Positions 59,101 to 64,000 of a stretch of DNA of 64,000 nucleotides are shown piece after piece. This DNA is from Fonticula alba ATCC 38817 (lineage: Eukaryota > Protista > Nucleariida), in NCBI GenBank assembly GCA_000388065.2, contig KB932209.1, one strand, 5' to 3'. The notes beneath the pieces were generated by a model that had not been told where the DNA came from, did not search any database, and was given only the letters and a program-made list of their open reading frames with translations. Positions within the stretch are counted from its first letter, which is position 1. The number at the start of each line of letters is the position of its first letter. The position numbers and the translations under genes were made by a program.

Positions 59101-61193
59101 GTGCCCTGGCTCGGGGACACGGCCTGCGACCGGCTGCTGACTGTGCATTAGCCCGGATGCCGGGCTGTCCGGCGGGGAGATCGCGCTTGGCCGGGTGGAC
59201 ATCGAGCGGCACTTTGCCGGGCAGGCGCTCGTCAGGGCCATGGCCAGCAGGTCGGCCGCGCGCCCGTCGCAAGTTGATGTGCACCTCTCGCCAGGGCCCC
59301 GGCCATTGGAGTGTGTGCACCACGCGGACGCGGTCCGGGAGTTCCTCCGGCTGTTGGATTATTCCGTGATCTCGGTGGGCCAGGTATGCACGGGGGCGGC
59401 GTGGGCCGATTTCATCGGCTCCCCCCCCCCCCCCCCTGGACCGAGTTGCCGTCGGCTTTCCTCGGACCTGCATGGGATGCTGACTGTCTACCCCCCCCTC
59501 CGCGCTGCAGGAGATCGATCTGCCGGCCGGGGGCACAACCGTGCGCGCGCGGGTGGTCCGGCTGATGGACACCCAACTGCGGGCCTTGGAGTCCGGCTTC
59601 CTGTCCATGGACCACACGCCGGCCTTTGTGCATGTAAGCACGCCGCAGGGGGAGCCCTACGTGCTGCGTCCCCCGCGGTCGGTACTACTGCAGGTGCCGC
59701 GACTGGAGCTGGGGGTCCGCTTCCCGGTGGCCGAGAGGCCCGAGTATCTAACGGTGGAGGAGGATGACTTGCTGGTCTCGGAAAGGACTCTTCGCTCGCT
59801 GGAGGCCCATTTCCTGGAGCCGGAGCCGACCATCCTGCTCGGTGACAGGGTTCGAGTGGTGTGCGTTCCTCTTTGCGACAGCACGCGGTGAGGGGAGGGG
59901 CTCCGCCATTGTCTGGCTTTGTGTGTGTATTATTGTGTTTTATATATGCACTTGTGTTTTATGTCTGTACTTGTGCCTGCACTCGTGCCTGCATATGTGC
60001 CCGCACTCGTGCCCGCACTCGTGCCCGCACTTGCGCCCGCACTTGTGCGTGTCTGTGGACCAGACTCTGACGTGTGTATCGTGACTTCGGGGGCGCCCAT
60101 GCAGCGGATATGCTGGCGGCGGGCTCCGGCGCAATGAGGCACTGCCGGGCACGGGGCTGCTCCGGTATGCCGAGGATGTCTACCACCTGCCATATACCGA
60201 GCCACCGGAGCTCCTGGCCCTCACCTGTCGGGTCGAGTGGATCGGGGATCGTCCGCCCCCGCGGCTGCGGGGGATTGGGCAATTGGAGCGCCTGCTGCTG
60301 GAGGCCATCCCTTTGGTTCCTTCCTTGTGTTGGGTGCTTTTGCTTTTCGTGGGGGCTGTTGGCCGCGGTTGGTTGCAAACCCTGGCTTCCCCCCCCCCCC
60401 CCCCCGCCCCGCCCCCCTGCAGAGCTACTCCCTGGCGGGGAGCTGGCCGGAGCTGGTGTTCACACCGAGCAGGCTGACGAATGGCGAGCGCGCGTCCGTC
60501 GAGGCCGGGGCCGTGGTGCCGGGGCTGACGCGGATCTCCTTCGACATGGAGGCCGGCGGCCGGCTGGCCCTGGCGGAGGCCGACCCGCTGGCGGTGACCC
60601 TTCACTGCGGGCGGCGGCGGCTGCTGCTGCTGAGTGTCCACCTGGCGCCGGGCGTGCCGCCGCTATACCCGGGGCTGCACCTGCCGCGGGAGGTCTTCCA
60701 ATCGGTGGCCGAGTCGGCCGATGAGGGGCAGCCTGGGGGCTGTTTGTTCTTCCTGTGCCAGGGCCGGACGTTTGTCGCGCGGCTGGCCGACACGCACGAC
60801 CTGCCCGGGGTGGTGCGGCTGAGCGCGGGCTTTGGGCACTTCCTGCGGGGTGCGCCGGAGCCGCCGCCGCCGCGGGTGCGCCTGCGCACGCCGGTGTGGC
60901 TGAGCGCGGTGCATGTGCGCGTGGTGCCAGCCCGTGCGTCCAGTGGCCCGGTGGCTGTGGATCTAGCCCCGCGGGATTTGGTGGCCGGCCTGAGCGTGGC
61001 CTTCGCCGACATGAGCATGGCTCTGTTTGAGCGGCGCCCCTTCCGGGAGGTGGTCCTCGTGCCGGAGGTCCTCCTGGACGCCGAGCACCAGGAGGTGGCG
61101 TGCGGGCTCCTTCGCCGGGGACACACCCAGGTGCGGCTCTATGTGCGGGATGTGGACCTGCGACCGGGCAAGTGCCCGCTGAGAATTGAGTAG
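56197..61193 (+). CDS. ~11-exon, ~1200-aa protein of about six tandem NSF/CDC48-N-like modules with no AAA domain. Exons approx 56197-56423, 56552-56939, ~56996-57559, 57665-57887, 57993-58324, 58393-58624, 58700-59088, 59152-59383, 59511-59887, 60105-~60333, 60423-61193 (exons 2 and 3 contain artefactual duplications)
   Basis: Phase-consistent GT-AG introns: 56424..56551, 57560..57664, 57888..57992, 58325..58392, 58625..58699, 59089..59151, 59384..59510 and 59888..60104, several with CTAAC/CTGAC branch points. The exon 2/3 junction and the donor near 60315-60333 are uncertain. The domain call is by motif resemblance only. Confidence 0.68.
56796..56813. other. Illumina adapter fragment (ACGACGCTCTTCCGATCT) between two copies of a 144-nt duplication (56652..56795 / 56814..56957)
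   Basis: Exact match to the 3' end of the Illumina read-1 primer/adapter, sitting at the duplication junction. Confidence 0.95.
57175..57193. other. Illumina TruSeq adapter fragment (AGATCGGAAGAGCACACGT) between two copies of a 177-nt duplication (56998..57174 / 57194..57370)
   Basis: Exact match to the start of the TruSeq adapter, sitting at the duplication junction. Confidence 0.95.
59981..60048. repeat. Degenerate 12-bp minisatellite (GTGCCCGCACTC-like, ~5-6 units) inside an intron
   Basis: Directly visible within predicted intron 59888..60104. Confidence 0.8.
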
Positions 61194-61609
61194 GCGTCCG
61201 CGCATCGGCATGTCAATGGATGATGTTCTGTTTGTGTGCGCATGGGTGTGAGTGGGGGGGGGGCGGGAGCGGGGGAAGGGAGAGAAGGTGAGGGGGTTGC
61301 TCCAGTCCCTTTCCTTGCAGGAGGCATGCAAAGAAGGCTTCTCAAGCGTGTGTGTGTGTGTGTGTGCGCTCAATTGTGGCCGGTTATGGGGGGAGGCGAG
61401 ATGTGGAGGGCTTGCCTTTCGATGGTGCTGGCTGTGTGTGGTGGATCCGGGGCTGGGAGAGGGATGGCGCGAGCCCGGCTACGGTGGCAGGCTGTCGGCG
61501 GGGTGCGATGGCCCTCGTTCTGCCCGTGCTCGAATGCTTCCTGGCAGGCCGGAAGGCGTTCTTCGATGGGGGAGACACGGCCCCGAAGAGGGTGTTAGGG
61601 GGGGGGGGT

Positions 61610-61833
61610 GGCTATTCTTGGAGGGGATTTTTCCTTCGGCAAGTGGCCAGACGAGGAGATCGTCTCGAAGTCCGGCAGCCCGGTCCCGGCCCACTGGCGG
61701 CCGAGCTCGAAGGGTACCCGGGGCTATTCTTGGAGGGGATTTTTCCTTCGGCAAGTGGCCAGACGAGGAGATCGTCTCGAAGTCCGGCAGCCCGGTCCCG
61801 GCCCACTGGCGGCCGAGCTCGAAGGGTACCCGG
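61610..61833. repeat. Perfect 112-bp tandem duplication (61610..61721 / 61722..61833)
   Basis: Two adjacent identical copies starting GGCTATTCTTGGAGGGG; real or artefactual status unknown. Confidence 0.85.
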
Positions 61834-62094
61834 TAGGAGGGGGTACATCAAGAGCCGATGGTGCTCTGCTCGGCCATGTCCCCCCAAAGACGGAGGGCTG
61901 TGGGCAGGAGGGGCCAGTGTCAAAGGTCCTCGGCACGCAGATCACCAGGCCGTGCGAGTGGAGGCCCTCCAGCTCGGCCGAAGCCGGGGTCCCCATCCGA
62001 CGGGGCTTTTGTTCCTATCAGAATTCACATGTCCTTTCACGTGTGTATGTGTGTGTCTTCGTGAGGGTGCCCTTGCAGGCATCTGCGCGCCCGT

Positions 62095-62244
62095 CGGAGC
62101 CGGCGGGGAGGCGGAGGCGGCCGGGGAAAGGCCAGAAAGTGTCCATGCCCAAAGCCCGGGAGCTTATCCCGGAGCCGGCGGGGAGGCGGAGGCGGCCGGG
62201 GAAAGGCCAGAAAGTGTCCATGCCCAAAGCCCGGGAGCTTATCC
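62095..62244. repeat. Perfect 75-bp tandem duplication (62095..62169 / 62170..62244)
   Basis: Two adjacent identical copies starting CGGAGCCGGCGGGGAGG. Confidence 0.85.
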
Positions 62245-63885
62245 TCCCCAGCATGGTCCCCGATGGTCTCGGGCTTCTCCCTGCTTGCCCGCCGATGCCC
62301 GAAACCGATCTATGCACCAAGCGAGAGAGAGAGAGAGAGTGAACAATAGCGCCGGCTCCGGCTGGGGGTTCCGATCGGCGCCGGCAAGAGACAGAGCCCG
62401 TGCGCCAGGCGACTCACGGCCACGACCGGGGAAAGCCCGGAGGGGGGACTGCCGGGCGTCGGCACACCGGGAGCAATCCCAAGCCATGCCGACGCCGGTG
62501 CTCGGCCGCATGCCCAGGCGGCCAGGGGGGTGCTGTGCGGGGACATGCAGTCGAGCTCTCGAGGGCGGGCGCCACGCTGGCCGCCACGAGGCGCTGGGCG
62601 AACAGCCGGGCCTTTACTCCGGGTGACATGGATCCCTCGGGGCGCAACTAGCAACATCACACGGGGGATAGCCGCGAGGGGGCGGGGGGGGGGGGGGGGC
62701 GCGGTCGGCATCGCCCCAATACGACGCGATCGGGGCGGGAGAGAGGGCTCCCGAGCCGCTGTCCGGGCAGAGAGCCTCCCCCAAGGGGGTGTCCCTGGCC
62801 ACCACCCGCCGGGCAGCATGGATACTTCGGGGCGGCTTGGGGCCACGTTTCTTGGCTCTGCCCCTCGCATGTGGAAGCAGGCATCCCGACCGCGGCTCGG
62901 CCCGGCCGGACGACGGGGGCTGGATGTCTGGTCCCGGCGCCGGGATGGAGGCGGCATCACGGCCGGGCAGGTGTGGCCTCTGCTGACGCCCCAGGCTCAG
63001 TGTCGGCAGCCGCCACCGCCCCTTCCTTCTGGCCGGCACGCGGCGATTCTCCGCGACTCCATTAAATTGGGGGACCTCCCTCCGGCCGTGGGCAGCCGGG
63101 GCGTCGGCACCGAGGATGCAACTTCGGCCCCCCCCCCCGCTCCCCGGGTAAACCATCAGAAAATGGTGCATTTATATGCTCCACCGAGCGCGAGAGAGTG
63201 CCCTGGGCGCGCCTTGCGGTCCGGCGATCGAGAGGATGCCATTCGGCCGTGATCCGGGGGGGGGGGGGGCAGGACGGGGCCGGCGGCTTTGGGGCGCCTT
63301 CGCCGCTTGTCACCCCACCGAGGCGACACAGCTCCGGGCCGGGTCCATGAAGGGGGTCGGAGTCCACCCCGGTCCCTGGCTAGCTGGACGGCGGGGGGGA
63401 CGGGGCACGGGGGGCGGCGGAAATGCCGCTAGGTGGGGGGAGCAATAAATGGTGACTCTTTCGAAGCGTCTCATAATCCCAAATGTGGCCGGGCCAGGGG
63501 GAGGAGGGGGGACACTCGCTTCCCCAGAGGCGATGAGTCGACATGAGCCGGACCGGCCCAGCTGCGTGCGTATGTGTGCGTGTGTGCGTGTGTGAAGGTG
63601 AGTGGACTGGCTCCGGCTGGGCGGCGGCCGGGTTACCCAGGCGGCCGGGTTCCCCCGGGCGTGGATCTCCCCGTGTAGGGGCAATAAGCGTCTCCGGGAA
63701 TGTCATGGGCTCCTTTGGAGCCTACCAATATGCTAGCTGATTTCCGAGCTTGAGAGCTGCCCAGCGAGCCGGAGGACCGGCTATTCGTCGCTTCTGCGCG
63801 CGCCCGGCCCTGATGAGCGAGCGCCCTGTGCCAACATGACAACGAGCTAATTGGCTGGCCGGCCGGAGCCAGTCCACCCACCTTC

Positions 63886-63896
63886 TCACACACACA

Positions 63897-63946
<50 letters not shown>
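63886..63946. repeat. (CA)n microsatellite
   Basis: Directly visible, with one interruption. Confidence 0.9.
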
Positions 63947-63953
<7 letters not shown>

Positions 63954-64000
63954 TACGCACGCAGCGCCGGAGCCCAGGCCCTCCGGACTCCGGGTGCAAT

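Noticed and set aside
1-64000. Hundreds of long overlapping or antisense ORFs (e.g. 50105..52672+, 30101..33211-, 13001..14707-, 57111..59120-)
   Set aside because: Pro/Arg/Gly/Ala-rich shadows of real genes in high-GC DNA with few stops; no motifs, and some are long only because they cross N-gaps (e.g. 22572..26276-).
1-64000. Transposons, rRNA, snRNA, CRISPR arrays
   Set aside because: No RT, integrase or transposase motifs, LTR/TIR pairs, rRNA or snRNA signatures, or repeat-spacer arrays were recognised.

Overview
This is a GC-rich eukaryotic scaffold with GT-AG introns, microsatellites and N-gaps. The style resembles an amoeboid opisthokont such as Fonticula, but that is an unverified inference. 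From left to right it contains: (1) TAM41, the mitochondrial CDP-DAG synthase (2 exons, +); (2) a convergent acidic R3H-like plus G-patch gene, Sqs1/Pfa1-like (3 exons, -); (3) a head-to-tail array of four giant single-pass receptor kinases on + (signal peptide, two unnamed ectodomain modules, furin-like Cys-rich stalk, TM, non-RD kinase), with a decayed fifth kinase between copies 3 and 4; (4) divergent tRNA-Lys(CTT) and tRNA-Arg(ACG); (5) a secreted furin-like Cys-rich protein with no TM or kinase (-); (6) an ~11-exon gene that appears to encode six tandem NSF/CDC48-type N-domains and no ATPase (+). The most striking signals are an in-frame TGA at a conserved Cys in receptor 3, patchwork near-identity between receptor paralogs, and the six-N-domain protein. 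Several duplications are assembly artefacts, two of them with Illumina adapter at the junction. Most ORFs in the supplied track are GC-rich shadow ORFs.
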